Shown: positions 29,279-39,471 of the stretch, in pieces | Position numbering within the stretch: the stretch's first letter is position 1 | Layout: every line of letters begins with the position of its first letter | IMG/VR virus record: IMGVR_UViG_3300029288_000060 | Span: 128,001-192,000 of that record | Strand: one strand, 5' to 3' | Length of the DNA stretch: 64,000 nt | Source of the DNA: a virus | Taxonomy: Duplodnaviria; Caudoviricetes | Notes under the pieces: model-generated | What the model saw: the letters and a program-made list of their open reading frames with translations, nothing else | What the model was told of the DNA's origin: nothing | Databases searched by the model: none | Translations under genes and position numbers: made by a program

Positions 29279-29599
29279 TTAAACCTCCTTTGAGCCATAC
29301 ATAATATTGTAGTGTTTGTCTTTAGTCTCATCGTAATTAGTTATATTAATTTCTACATGATAACCATTTGATTTACAATAATCTTGTAAACACTGCATTA
29401 AAATACTAAGATTGTTTTTTACACACTCATCCTTATATTTTGCTCTTTTACCTATGGCTTTTTCTAACCAATTTAGTTTCTTTCCGTCACCATGACACTT
29501 TTTACATGTCTCATATAAATTAATTGTTCTAATTATTTTAGTTCCTTTACCATTACATTCTTCACAAGTTTTCATATTGATCCACCACAAATTGTTCAA
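29279..29599 (-). CDS. DnaJ-type zinc finger protein
   Basis: Two CxxCxGxG repeats (CEECNGKG, CKKCHGDG). Confidence 0.65.
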   Translation of the reverse strand: MNNLWWINMKTCEECNGKGTKIIRTINLYETCKKCHGDGKKLNWLEKAIGKRAKYKDECVKNNLSILMQCLQDYCKSNGYHVEINITNYDETKDKHYNIMYGSKEV

Positions 29600-30875
29600 T
29601 ATTATTGATGTTATCTTTTATACTTTTAAGTTTCTCAGATAATTCATTGAAGTCTGCTTTAAAAGATAAAAGTTTGGTTATCCTATATTTTTGAAATAAT
29701 TCTTTAATTTTTATTGTTTCTTCTTTAATTTCATCTGAAATTAAACGAATTATCTCATCTGTGTCTAATTCTTTATTTGTTAAATACTTTTTTAAGGATG
29801 GTTTCACTTTTTCTAATAATTTTACTTCAATAATTGAGTCTATTAACTTCAATTCAATAGATTTTAACATTTTCATATTTACTTTTGTATAAATTTCAAA
29901 AGTATTTTTTATCATTTTATCAATAGATATATTTTTTACATTTTTTGTTTTATGATCTACAACCACCGTATCAAAAGTTAAACTACTTGTCATTACATCA
30001 TTTAATTTCTTAGCAAAAGATTTGAAAATTTGATCTCTATTTCTTGATTTTAACACTTCAAAAACAATATGAGTACCACCATTTTCAGATGAAGATTCAT
30101 CTATCCAACCAATATCTTGATTAGTTAATTCTTTTTCAAATTTACCTAAAATTGTTTCAAACTTTTTTCCAGGTGGGAATGTTTTAATTACTGCTTTGCA
30201 TTTAGATGGTTCCAATTTAAAAATTCCTTGAAAACTTATTTGTCCTTTTCCAGTCGTTAAAAGATTTTCAAAATCTTTATCAGTTGACAATAACTTACAA
30301 TTAGTTAAAGGTTTAATTATTGGATTTTCCTTTTTCTTTCCTAATAAAAATAATAATCTATCTCTTAAATCTTTAATACTATAACAAGGAATTAATGTTT
30401 TATAACCAAATCCAATTCCTGTTGTATAATCTTTTCCTAGAAAACATAAAGGAAACATAGTTGGAAAATATTCTGGTTCATCATCTAATTCTGCTTCCAC
30501 CCAGTCCACATAATCAACTAATCTTAAAGAAATATCATAAATTTGTTTATTTAATTTACATTCAGTGTATCTCATAGCAGCAGGAGGAGATGGCTCAACA
30601 CCAATATTATTTCCAAAGTTTCCTTGTCCATCTAAAAAACCTTGATTTACTAATTGACATATTGTTCCATATGAACTTGCGTGTGGATGCCATCTACCTA
30701 AAGTATTGCCATCTACTCTTGCTGATTTGACAAATTTATCTTTTGCCATTGTATACGCTGATAATAAAACTCTTCTTTCAACGGGTTTTAATCCATCAAT
30801 ATCTAGAGGAAATGCTCTAGAATGGTTAACATATTTACCATATTCTTTATATAAACTTGGAATTAATTTATCCAA
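29562..30875 (-). CDS. Type IIA topoisomerase subunit A (GyrA/ParC/gp52-like), no C-terminal pinwheel
   Basis: DGLKPVERR, KSAR, HPH, GQGNFG, AAMRYTE catalytic Tyr; only 437 aa. Confidence 0.92.
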   Translation of the reverse strand: MDKLIPSLYKEYGKYVNHSRAFPLDIDGLKPVERRVLLSAYTMAKDKFVKSARVDGNTLGRWHPHASSYGTICQLVNQGFLDGQGNFGNNIGVEPSPPAAMRYTECKLNKQIYDISLRLVDYVDWVEAELDDEPEYFPTMFPLCFLGKDYTTGIGFGYKTLIPCYSIKDLRDRLLFLLGKKKENPIIKPLTNCKLLSTDKDFENLLTTGKGQISFQGIFKLEPSKCKAVIKTFPPGKKFETILGKFEKELTNQDIGWIDESSSENGGTHIVFEVLKSRNRDQIFKSFAKKLNDVMTSSLTFDTVVVDHKTKNVKNISIDKMIKNTFEIYTKVNMKMLKSIELKLIDSIIEVKLLEKVKPSLKKYLTNKELDTDEIIRLISDEIKEETIKIKELFQKYRITKLLSFKADFNELSEKLKSIKDNINNIEQFVVDQYENL

Positions 30876-31126
30876 TTTTCTTCTCCTCTGTAAACAATTT
30901 CATCTAAATATCTCTCTAAGGATGCTGATCCTTTTCCAGTTAAAATTTCTACATCATTTTTATAATATGTCCAATCAGACATTCTTACATCAACTTTTTC
31001 TTCATTCTTTATCCATTGATGCGACCAAGTTTTTTGACCTACCCCATTATAAGTAAATTCATATTTTCTTAAAATTTTATTATAATTTTCAATTTCAATT
31101 ATAATATCAGTAAGGTTAACATTCAT
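30863..31126 (-). CDS. Hypothetical protein
   Basis: 87-aa ORF between the topoisomerase genes. Confidence 0.55.
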   Translation of the reverse strand: MNVNLTDIIIEIENYNKILRKYEFTYNGVGQKTWSHQWIKNEEKVDVRMSDWTYYKNDVEILTGKGSASLERYLDEIVYRGEENWIN

Positions 31127-31377
31127 TCAATATCTCCATTTTCTCTAATTTTCGTATTTTCATATGGAGATACAATTCTTCTATAAAATTCTAATTTCGC
31201 GCATTCAATTTCACCTATTATAGAAGATATTGTACTAAACTTTTTATTTCGTTCAGTCAACTTCTTAAAAATTGAATATAAACAATATGTTAACTCACCT
31301 GGTTTATCAATCACTTCAACTAAATTTTCTATTTGTTTATCAAATATTTTCCTAGAATCTTCTTTTATATATGGCAT
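31123..31377 (-). CDS. Small phage protein
   Basis: MPYIK...GELTY...ECAKLEFYRR....YE...I..NGD pattern seen in small phage proteins. Confidence 0.65.
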   Translation of the reverse strand: MPYIKEDSRKIFDKQIENLVEVIDKPGELTYCLYSIFKKLTERNKKFSTISSIIGEIECAKLEFYRRIVSPYENTKIRENGDIE

Positions 31378-31379
31378 AT

Positions 31380-33167
31380 TTACCCTTTTAATAATTCTCT
31401 TTTAATATTTACATCAGAAAATAATTGAGTAATTTTTTCTATATTTTCTGTATATTCAACTTTTTGTAGTTTTCTAGTTTTCTCATCAAGACAACATATT
31501 TTTAATTGCCATGAATTCAACTCTCCTAACCCTTTCAATCTTATAATATTTTTTCCTTCTTGTCTTGATTTAGTTAATTCTTCTGCTGTCCACAATGGAG
31601 TAAAAGATTTTTTTTCATTAATTGCATATAATGGAATTAATGATAGATAAAAATGACCTTGTTTAATTACTTCAGGAACTAATATTGCTAAAGCAATTGT
31701 CATTAAACAAAAGATATGTCCACCATCTGCATCAGGATCTGTTGTACAAATAATTTTATCATATTTTAACTTTGTTATGTCAAAATTTGGACCAATTCCA
31801 GTACCTAATGAACCTATTAATTCACTTATTTCTTTATTTTTTAAAATATCATCTTTATTATTAATAATGGATGGAATTTTACCCCTTAATGGTAATACAG
31901 CATGTAACCTAGAATTTCTACATTCAATAAAACCGCCACCAGCAGAGTCTCCTTCAACTACATATAATTCACCACTGTTCCCTGTACAATCTCTTAGTTT
32001 TGTAAACTTAGTTGAAGCACGTTTACCATTAATTGGTCCAGTTTTTATTTTTTTGGAATCTAATTTCCTTCGATAATCATTAAAAAACTCTAAAAGAGAT
32101 TTTAAATCTTCTGGATTTTGATTAAAATATTTATCCAGCTCCATTTTAATTTTTGGCATAAGATTATTAAATGTATCTTTTCTACTAATTAACTTACATT
32201 TATTTTGAGCTGAATAATCTGGCTTTTCCAGTTCTAAAGAAAAATATATTCTTAATCCAGATAAACTATCCCCAGGTTGAAATTTAAAATCAGTTTTTTT
32301 AGTTTTATTAATAAAATAATCTTTAAGGATATCATAAAAACAGTTAACATGTGTCCCACCATCATCCACCGGTAAAAGATTAATAGATGAAATAATTCTT
32401 GGAGTTATAGAACCATCGAAGGAATAACAAAATCTAACATTGAATTTTTCAAAATTATCTTTTGTGTTAATATCAATAATTTTAGAAAGCTCACTATCTC
32501 CATTTAAACAATATTTTTTAAAAAATTCATCTTTTGTTAACTTAATAACTTCTCTTTTATCATCAACATTTAATACTAGTGTTGTATCTGGAATCTCAAC
32601 AGATGCTATTAATAATCTTTTTCGTACTCTATCAATATCTGGAATTATTGATTCGAAAAATTTTCTGCTTGGTTTAAACATTATTTTTGTTGAAAATGGT
32701 GGATCTCCATTAAAATCTTCAATTTCTTTTTGTTTTAATTTAGTATCTTCAAATATATATTTGGCATGCTTTTTATCTCTATATATTTCAATAATATAGA
32801 AATCTGATAAAGCTAATATTGTGATTAACCCTATTCCATTTTTTCCTGCAACAATTTTATAAGCAGTTTTTGATGAATTGAATTTTGCGCCTGTATGTAA
32901 TTTAGAAGAAATTAATATAGGGATATCATTTTCTAATGGTATTCCTCTCCCATTATCCATCACACTGCATATATTAGTTTTTGTATCAATGTTAACAGCA
33001 ATAATTTTTGCATATCCAGAAATTGCTTCATCAAGAGCATTATCAAGAGCTTCCTCAATTAAATGAACAGGATTGGATGTTATTCCTATATACATTCCTG
33101 TAGATTCTTGAACATGTTCAATATCAGTTAGAGTTTTAATATCTTTATGTGTATAAGTCTTTGTCAA
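31380..33167 (-). CDS. Type IIA topoisomerase subunit B (GyrB/ParE-like)
   Basis: GMYIG, EALDNALDE, DNGRGIP, GGTH, EGDSAGG, PLRGK, DPDADGGHI, KGLGE. Confidence 0.94.
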   Translation of the reverse strand: MTKTYTHKDIKTLTDIEHVQESTGMYIGITSNPVHLIEEALDNALDEAISGYAKIIAVNIDTKTNICSVMDNGRGIPLENDIPILISSKLHTGAKFNSSKTAYKIVAGKNGIGLITILALSDFYIIEIYRDKKHAKYIFEDTKLKQKEIEDFNGDPPFSTKIMFKPSRKFFESIIPDIDRVRKRLLIASVEIPDTTLVLNVDDKREVIKLTKDEFFKKYCLNGDSELSKIIDINTKDNFEKFNVRFCYSFDGSITPRIISSINLLPVDDGGTHVNCFYDILKDYFINKTKKTDFKFQPGDSLSGLRIYFSLELEKPDYSAQNKCKLISRKDTFNNLMPKIKMELDKYFNQNPEDLKSLLEFFNDYRRKLDSKKIKTGPINGKRASTKFTKLRDCTGNSGELYVVEGDSAGGGFIECRNSRLHAVLPLRGKIPSIINNKDDILKNKEISELIGSLGTGIGPNFDITKLKYDKIICTTDPDADGGHIFCLMTIALAILVPEVIKQGHFYLSLIPLYAINEKKSFTPLWTAEELTKSRQEGKNIIRLKGLGELNSWQLKICCLDEKTRKLQKVEYTENIEKITQLFSDVNIKRELLKG

Positions 33168-33187
33168 TGTATTGTAATCCTCCTAAT

Positions 33188-33775
33188 TTATTTAGAGTAA
33201 TCTATAAACGTCCATAAATCATTTCTTCTAACTATTTTCCCAACTTTATTTTCATTTATTTCTAAATCATATATGGTCGAATATTGTCCCATAGGATCTC
33301 CAGTATCCCAGCCGTCTCCCATGATTTTAGAAGGATGTTGAGCAAAAGAAAATTCTAAATCACCTTCTACTTCTTTGAATGCCTCTTTAAAAATTTCAAT
33401 AATTTTATCTATATAAAAATAACCGGGAGACTCAGTTAATATGTCTGATAATAAAGAAATAGAACAAAATAATTCATTAACAATTCCTTCTACATCAGCT
33501 AATGAATAACTAGAAATTTCCATTCCAAAATCAAGATAACCATTATTTTCATCATTTGAGTAATTACTAACAATTTTTGCTTTTAAAAAACATGCATTAT
33601 CAAAATTAGAAATTTTAGAAGGCTTTTCAATAGAGAATTTTTCATCAATATTATTTATAATTTTCTCTAAACATATTTCATTTTTTAAATTATGAGGTTT
33701 TAAGGAACAATTATATTGTAAAATAAAACTTGTACTAGAACTATTTGTTACAAAATCAGTTTTGATTTTCATCAA
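33188..33775 (-). CDS. TNSSS-motif protein
   Basis: MKIKTDFVTNSSSTSF N-terminus. Confidence 0.75.
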   Translation of the reverse strand: MMKIKTDFVTNSSSTSFILQYNCSLKPHNLKNEICLEKIINNIDEKFSIEKPSKISNFDNACFLKAKIVSNYSNDENNGYLDFGMEISSYSLADVEGIVNELFCSISLLSDILTESPGYFYIDKIIEIFKEAFKEVEGDLEFSFAQHPSKIMGDGWDTGDPMGQYSTIYDLEINENKVGKIVRRNDLWTFIDYSK

Positions 33776-34074
33776 TAATTCCTTTTTATTATTTTTATTC
33801 CTCTAAGAGATCGCTTAATTTGTTCTTTATTTTTTACAATTAATTCTATAAATTCAGGTATAACATTTTCATTATTTTCAAATAATTCAGTCAATTTTTG
33901 TTTTAAAATACTTTCCTGCTCTGCATTTTTTTCTGCAATTTTCCTGTCTCTTTCAATCATTCTTGCTCTCATTGTGTTATTTCTCATATGATTTATTGCT
34001 TCTCTACTTGAATGAAATTTATATCCATCAGGTGTTGTATAAAATTTATTTATACCAAATTCATATAATGTCAT
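33772..34074 (-). CDS. Hypothetical protein
   Basis: 100-aa ORF with AGGAG RBS. Confidence 0.6.
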   Translation of the reverse strand: MTLYEFGINKFYTTPDGYKFHSSREAINHMRNNTMRARMIERDRKIAEKNAEQESILKQKLTELFENNENVIPEFIELIVKNKEQIKRSLRGIKIIKRNY

Positions 34075-35074
34075 TTTTATCTCCTTTATTTAAAAAAGCC
34101 TTTAATTCTTTATTTGTCACAGTCGCAGTTCCTAATTTTGAAACAACAATTCCGGCAGCAAGATTGGATATTTCTGCAGCCTCTAAAAAAGTAGAATCAG
34201 TTGCAAGACACAATGAAAAAGTTGCAATTACTGTATCCCCAGCACCACTAACGTCAGACACATCTACCACTCTTGCTGGAAAATATGTATGAATTATTTC
34301 TTTATTCTTCCTTTCAAAGAGACTCATTCCTAATTCGCCTCTTGTGATTAATATAGATCTAAAATTCATTCTTGATAATAGTATTTTGCCTATTTTTACT
34401 ATATCTGTTTTTTCTCCAAAATTTAAACCACACTTTTCTGCTTCATAATGATTTGGTGTAATAACGTCTACACCATTATAAAATGATAAATCTATACGTT
34501 TTGGGTCTGCACAAACTATAATATTTGTTTTTAAAGTTATTTTTATTATTCCTTCTATTAAACTTTTTGTTATTGTACCTTTTCCATAATCAGAAATTAT
34601 AATAACATCAATTTCTTCTTTTTTTGACTGAATATATTGTAGAATTTTTTTAGTAATTTTTGGAATTACATTTTTTTTAGTTTCTTGGTCAAATCTTGCA
34701 ACTTGTTGGTTATGTGAAATAATTCTTGTTTTTAATGTGGTTTGTCTAGTATCATCAACTATAATCCCATCTGTATTAATTTTTCTCCTTTCAAATTCTT
34801 GAAAAATTACTTTTGATATATCATCTTTTCCAACAAGACCAGTTGCGTATACTTTACCACCCAACTCAAAAATATTATTGATTACATTTCCGCTTCCACC
34901 TAAAAAAATTTTACTATTTTGAACATCCACAATAGGTACAGGGGCTTCAGGTGAAATTCTAGATGTTACTCCATAGATATAATGATCAACCATTAAATCA
35001 CCCACAACAAGAATGGATGTATTTGAAAAGTTGTCAATAATGGTTAGTGCTCTATTAATATCTATGATTTTCAT
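34061..35074 (-). CDS. hldA: D-glycero-beta-D-manno-heptose-7-phosphate kinase (HldA/RfaE domain I)
   Basis: VGDLMVDHY, RISPEAPVP, TTLKTR, SDYGKG, DPK, TPN, DVSGAGDTV. Confidence 0.9.
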   Translation of the reverse strand: MKIIDINRALTIIDNFSNTSILVVGDLMVDHYIYGVTSRISPEAPVPIVDVQNSKIFLGGSGNVINNIFELGGKVYATGLVGKDDISKVIFQEFERRKINTDGIIVDDTRQTTLKTRIISHNQQVARFDQETKKNVIPKITKKILQYIQSKKEEIDVIIISDYGKGTITKSLIEGIIKITLKTNIIVCADPKRIDLSFYNGVDVITPNHYEAEKCGLNFGEKTDIVKIGKILLSRMNFRSILITRGELGMSLFERKNKEIIHTYFPARVVDVSDVSGAGDTVIATFSLCLATDSTFLEAAEISNLAAGIVVSKLGTATVTNKELKAFLNKGDKNDII

Positions 35075-35105
35075 TTTTTACTTTGCTATCCTTTCAAATT
35101 TTTTA

Positions 35106-35180
35106 TCGGGATGGTTGGATTTGAACCAACAACTTCATGATCCCAGGTCATGATCTCTATCCAAATTGAGTTACACCCCG
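35106..35180 (-). tRNA. tRNA-Pro(UGG), atypical
   Basis: Acceptor CGGGGTG/CATCCCG + A73, anticodon arm CATGA-CCTGGGA-TCATG, T arm GTTGG-TTCAAAT-CCAAC; no encoded CCA. Confidence 0.85.
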
Positions 35181-35187
35181 AATTTGT

Positions 35188-36453
35188 TTATTTTGGTATT
35201 CTGACTATGTAACCTGTTCTATCAATATTTTTACTTATTCCATTATTTGTTAATACATAAATTATTTTTTTTGGCAATAACATTCTGTTTTCTTGGTTTA
35301 AATCGTCACAATACCCATCTGTAAATACTAATGTTACATCCGTGTTTAGCTCTCTACATCTAATAAGAGCTGGAAGTAATATAGTTCCGCCCCTACCTTT
35401 TATATCAAATTGAATATCTTTTATTTTTTTAACTTTATATTCTTTTTGAATTTTAGCGTCTGATTCAAGAACTGTAGTTAAGCAATCTTTATCATTCTCA
35501 ATTATGTTTTTAATTCCTGAAAGACCCTCCATGATATCTTTAATGTTCATACTTCCCGAGGTATCTAATACTATAGAAATATTAAATGAATAATCTTTAG
35601 TCTTACCTGGAAAAGGTGAAATAATTGGTACATTTTTATCTTTAATAAAAAATGAATATATTCTTTTTTTATTAATTCTTGTATAAGCTCTCTTTTGTTT
35701 TGATAATCTGCTTCCTTTAACTAATTTTTTAATTATATCATAATAAGGAAGTTGGGGAGGATTTAACAGTTCATTAATTTTATCTGTAATATATGATGGG
35801 ATATTTCCTTTGTTTCTTACATTGTTATATGATTCTTCTAGAGCTTGTTCTGTATATTGTTCTAATCTACTTGCTAACGAACCAATATCAGAAACTTTTG
35901 AAATGTTTTTTTGCCAGGAATCATGATCATCTATATTACAAACCTCATTTTGTTGATTTTTCCCTTCTTCTTCTTTATCATCTGGAATATTCTGATTGTA
36001 AAAATCAGCAGTTTTCTTTAAAGGTAATTTATACATATCAGGATGAATAATTCGAACCTGCGTGGTTCCTAATGTATATGTTTTATTTATTTTAATAATA
36101 GAATTAACTGCACAGTCAGAAGCTAAATTCCATCTTTTTATTTTTTTACTTTTTTGCTCAAGATTTACTTCATCTGAAATTATTCTTAATAATCTTGGAA
36201 TATGATTATTTAAAAGATGTGTTCCTTCGTGCTCAATTGCTATTTTTAAAAAATCATCATCCATCAAATCAATAAATTGTGGGTTATATAAAAGAATTAT
36301 TGAACCATCTATTTCTGCACCAACACCCATAGGACATGACAATGTAGTATCTCTAGCTCTATTAATTCTAGAAAATAAATAACCCCAATAATCATCTTTA
36401 AAAATATATTCTGTTATTAAGTTTTTAATTCTCTCAGATGGTTCTGTTTTCAT
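35188..36453 (-). CDS. Metallopeptidase-vWA protein (DUF2201-like)
   Basis: HEGTH (HExxH), WNLASDCAVN, DDH..W, LDTSGSM, GRGGT, FTDG. Confidence 0.85.
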   Translation of the reverse strand: MKTEPSERIKNLITEYIFKDDYWGYLFSRINRARDTTLSCPMGVGAEIDGSIILLYNPQFIDLMDDDFLKIAIEHEGTHLLNNHIPRLLRIISDEVNLEQKSKKIKRWNLASDCAVNSIIKINKTYTLGTTQVRIIHPDMYKLPLKKTADFYNQNIPDDKEEEGKNQQNEVCNIDDHDSWQKNISKVSDIGSLASRLEQYTEQALEESYNNVRNKGNIPSYITDKINELLNPPQLPYYDIIKKLVKGSRLSKQKRAYTRINKKRIYSFFIKDKNVPIISPFPGKTKDYSFNISIVLDTSGSMNIKDIMEGLSGIKNIIENDKDCLTTVLESDAKIQKEYKVKKIKDIQFDIKGRGGTILLPALIRCRELNTDVTLVFTDGYCDDLNQENRMLLPKKIIYVLTNNGISKNIDRTGYIVRIPK

Positions 36454-37697
36454 TGTTGATTAACCCTACGATTTATTGAAATCATAGACTCATAAAAATT
36501 TGTTTTATATTCTGGAAATTTTGCTACCAATGAAACATGTATACCAGTAACATATTTAAATTCCTCAGATTTTACATCAAACGTATGTAATCTAGATAAA
36601 AAAGTTACGCCAATATCAGATGGAATATCTGTTAAAAATAATGAAATATTTTTTAATTCAACATCTCCATATTTTGGTTTTGAAGTTGTTAAAAAGGTTA
36701 CAAAAGATTCAACTAATTGACCCATTTTAATATTATCAGAATTTTTAGCAAAATTAAGAATATCATTTCTTACTTTATCATAATTATAAAAAACATCTTT
36801 TGGACTGATATCTTTTCTATCTCTAATAAAACTAATAAACATTCTGGTCATTGATTGATTTAATAGACCAGAAAATAAAGTATTTAAAATATCCAAATTT
36901 TTAAGAATACCGTCATCTTTATCATAACCCCAAAGAATATTTGAAACTCTTTCATAGCTGGCTGGATTTGCGTATATCATACCTATTTTTTGAGCGTTAA
37001 AATCATAAAGGTAGTCTGGATGTATTTGTATAAATTCAATTACTAATGGATGAAAATTAGATTTAATACCATGATCTAAAAATGCTTTTACATTTACTTC
37101 TGAATATAAATGTAGAACTCTTCTTAACCCAGCTGCGTCTTCAATCATATTTAAAGAATATTCTTGATCTTCTGGATTATCTAAACAAAGTACAAACCAC
37201 CCTTTCGGAAGTTCTTTTGTATGTATTCTACATTCATTTTGAACCGCCCATAATAATTGTTGTAATGATGAATCGCCTCTTGATAATTCATCTATAATAA
37301 ATAAACCATAAGAATCATTATCTAAAGGTACAAAGTCAGAATATAACATTTTAAATTTTGAATTACCATTATCAATAACAGGAAAAGGACATAAAAAATC
37401 ATCTCTTGATAAAACTGGAGCTTTAATTAAAATATGTTTAAAATCAATACCTGTCTCTTCACTTAATTCTTTACATATTTGCAATGAAATTTGAGTCTTG
37501 CCTATTCCAGCAGGTGATACTATACGAAAAGTCTGCTTTTCTATATCTAACCCATTTCTCCAGCATTGAATTGTATTTTTAATGTTTGTTTTAACTATCT
37601 CTTTGATATTATCAATTGAAACTGGAATAATTCCTAATTTTTGATAATATTTTTTCTCTTCTCTTTTATCACCATTCGCCATAAATTCACCCTTCAC
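36450..37697 (-). CDS. MoxR-like AAA+ ATPase
   Basis: PAGIGKT Walker A, FIIDELSR Walker B; coupled to the vWA-peptidase gene. Confidence 0.82.
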   Translation of the reverse strand: MKGEFMANGDKREEKKYYQKLGIIPVSIDNIKEIVKTNIKNTIQCWRNGLDIEKQTFRIVSPAGIGKTQISLQICKELSEETGIDFKHILIKAPVLSRDDFLCPFPVIDNGNSKFKMLYSDFVPLDNDSYGLFIIDELSRGDSSLQQLLWAVQNECRIHTKELPKGWFVLCLDNPEDQEYSLNMIEDAAGLRRVLHLYSEVNVKAFLDHGIKSNFHPLVIEFIQIHPDYLYDFNAQKIGMIYANPASYERVSNILWGYDKDDGILKNLDILNTLFSGLLNQSMTRMFISFIRDRKDISPKDVFYNYDKVRNDILNFAKNSDNIKMGQLVESFVTFLTTSKPKYGDVELKNISLFLTDIPSDIGVTFLSRLHTFDVKSEEFKYVTGIHVSLVAKFPEYKTNFYESMISINRRVNQQ

Positions 37698-37709
37698 ACT
37701 ATTTATTTT

Positions 37710-37742
37710 GGGATTGTATATATAAATATTATATACAATCCC
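37710..37742. terminator. Intergenic hairpin
   Basis: 13-bp stem GGGATTGTATATA/TATATACAATCCC, 7-nt loop. Confidence 0.55.
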
Positions 37743-37763
37743 TTCAATACTTATTCTATTTCT

Positions 37764-38669
37764 TTAAAATTCTACGTCCTCAAGTGAAAATTCATTTTGT
37801 TTTACATTATTTACAGATTGTTCAGGAGCAGAATTATTAAAATCAAACTTTTGACTTTCTTGAACAGGGTGCGAAGAGTAATCAGAGTTACCTGTTTTGG
37901 ACCAGTCAAATTTTTCTTTAAATTTACCCAATGTTTCTTTACTTTTATTAAGAACTGATTTTACTGTATCATTTGAAAGTGGCGCACCTGTCGTATTCAT
38001 CTCAAAAACATCTTTTAAACCATAATTCGTTGATTGTTTTGCAACAGTCACTTTGGTTATATATCTTTTATTATTAACATGAGCTCTTTCAAATTTCTTG
38101 CTTTCATCAGTTACTGGAGTGACAATTGGTTCAAAATCATCTTTTTTAGCTAAATCAGATAGATAATTTGCAACGTTACCATATTTTACTCCCTTTGCCC
38201 TAATAAAAACAAACGAAGGTTTTCCATTAACCATAAATGGTTTTCCTGTTGCTTCATCAATATATATACCACTAATAATAAGTTGCGACCTACAATCCTT
38301 ACAATATGGATCAGCTGCACGTTCAGTTGAATTTTTCCCGCACGTATGTCCGCTCGTTCCTTTCCAAGGCGGTGTTCCTGCCTGATAAGAAAAACACTCC
38401 ATCCTTTCCCTATTATTATCACCTCTTACGGATTTAACTAAAACTGATTTTACATTAACAATTATCATGTTAATTTCATCCAAGTTACTTCTAAGGCCTC
38501 TGATTTGAAGTTTTCCTGGCATTTCAGTCTCACCAATATGATTCTGCCTTTGTTGTCCAGAAATATAAATTGCATGAAAAAATTCATCCTCTGGTGCTAC
38601 TGGAGCTTTTACATCAAACCCACTTTCATTTGCCAATTCAGAATAATCTGAAAAATCAATACCTGACAT
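37764..38669 (-). CDS. Putative single-stranded DNA-binding protein
   Basis: About 300 aa, Cys cluster, low-complexity linker and acidic-aromatic tail SLEDVEF typical of phage SSBs. Confidence 0.45.
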   Translation of the reverse strand: MSGIDFSDYSELANESGFDVKAPVAPEDEFFHAIYISGQQRQNHIGETEMPGKLQIRGLRSNLDEINMIIVNVKSVLVKSVRGDNNRERMECFSYQAGTPPWKGTSGHTCGKNSTERAADPYCKDCRSQLIISGIYIDEATGKPFMVNGKPSFVFIRAKGVKYGNVANYLSDLAKKDDFEPIVTPVTDESKKFERAHVNNKRYITKVTVAKQSTNYGLKDVFEMNTTGAPLSNDTVKSVLNKSKETLGKFKEKFDWSKTGNSDYSSHPVQESQKFDFNNSAPEQSVNNVKQNEFSLEDVEF

Positions 38670-38727
38670 TTTTAATCTCCTTTTTAAGTAGTTTTTTAAG
38701 CATTATACAAAATAAGAAAAATATTTC

Positions 38728-39378
38728 TTAATGATTAGGAATCAAACACCAGTTAGATGAATTTCTATCTTCCGGCAACGTTACAATTGAAAAATTGTCA
38801 TCAAACCAACATTTCATATATGAATCTAATAAATCATTTGAACTAAAACTAATAATATTTTTATATTCTTTCATGGTTGTTGATAAATTAGGATCATCAA
38901 TTGTTATCGGACTTACTTTTCTCACATTAGAATCGGTATATTCCTCTCCTAAAATTTTTATTAATTTCGGGTGAGGACAATACACAATTACTAACCTATT
39001 ATCATCAACTTTTCTAAAAATTTCATTTTTATAGAAAAAAGTTTTTGTATCCAAATCATATGCTACATTTTCTCCATTTAATACTCTATTAATCGAGGTA
39101 TGCTGTCTACATGTATCATGTTTATTTTTTTTACGTTTACATAATTCACAATCAGTATTATCAACTAGAAATTTATATCCTCTTAATTCAAAATCACTAT
39201 TAGTTGCATAATTAAAATAAGATAGTATTTTTCTTTTATTCAGTAAAAATTTAATAAATGTGATAGGATATACCTCAACTCCTAGTTTCTCTACAAATTT
39301 TTCTGTTGATATTTGTTTCATTTTAATCTCCTTAATTGTATTAACAACAAAAACTTTCATAAAATATACTTTCCGCAT
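38728..39378 (-). CDS. Hypothetical protein with CxxC...CxxH cluster (probable start MKQIST at 39320)
   Basis: AGGAG RBS before the internal ATG. Confidence 0.6.
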   Translation of the reverse strand: MRKVYFMKVFVVNTIKEIKMKQISTEKFVEKLGVEVYPITFIKFLLNKRKILSYFNYATNSDFELRGYKFLVDNTDCELCKRKKNKHDTCRQHTSINRVLNGENVAYDLDTKTFFYKNEIFRKVDDNRLVIVYCPHPKLIKILGEEYTDSNVRKVSPITIDDPNLSTTMKEYKNIISFSSNDLLDSYMKCWFDDNFSIVTLPEDRNSSNWCLIPNH

Positions 39379-39432
39379 GATGCATTGCTAATCTAGAATT
39401 TTTAATTCATGAATTAGCAATGCATCATGCGG
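39373..39432. terminator. Long intergenic hairpin
   Basis: 20-bp perfect stem CCGCATGATGCATTGCTAAT/ATTAGCAATGCATCATGCGG. Confidence 0.55.
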
Positions 39433-39471
39433 CGCTATTCTTTTTAATAAGACTAATATATAATTTTATAA

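Noticed and set aside
29562-33167. True DNA gyrase
   Set aside because: The A subunit is only 437 aa, with no C-terminal pinwheel or GyrA box, so a relaxing or decatenating topoisomerase II is more likely
38186-38422. Nested minus-strand 78-aa ORF
   Set aside because: Alternative frame inside the 37764-38669 gene with no motif or other support
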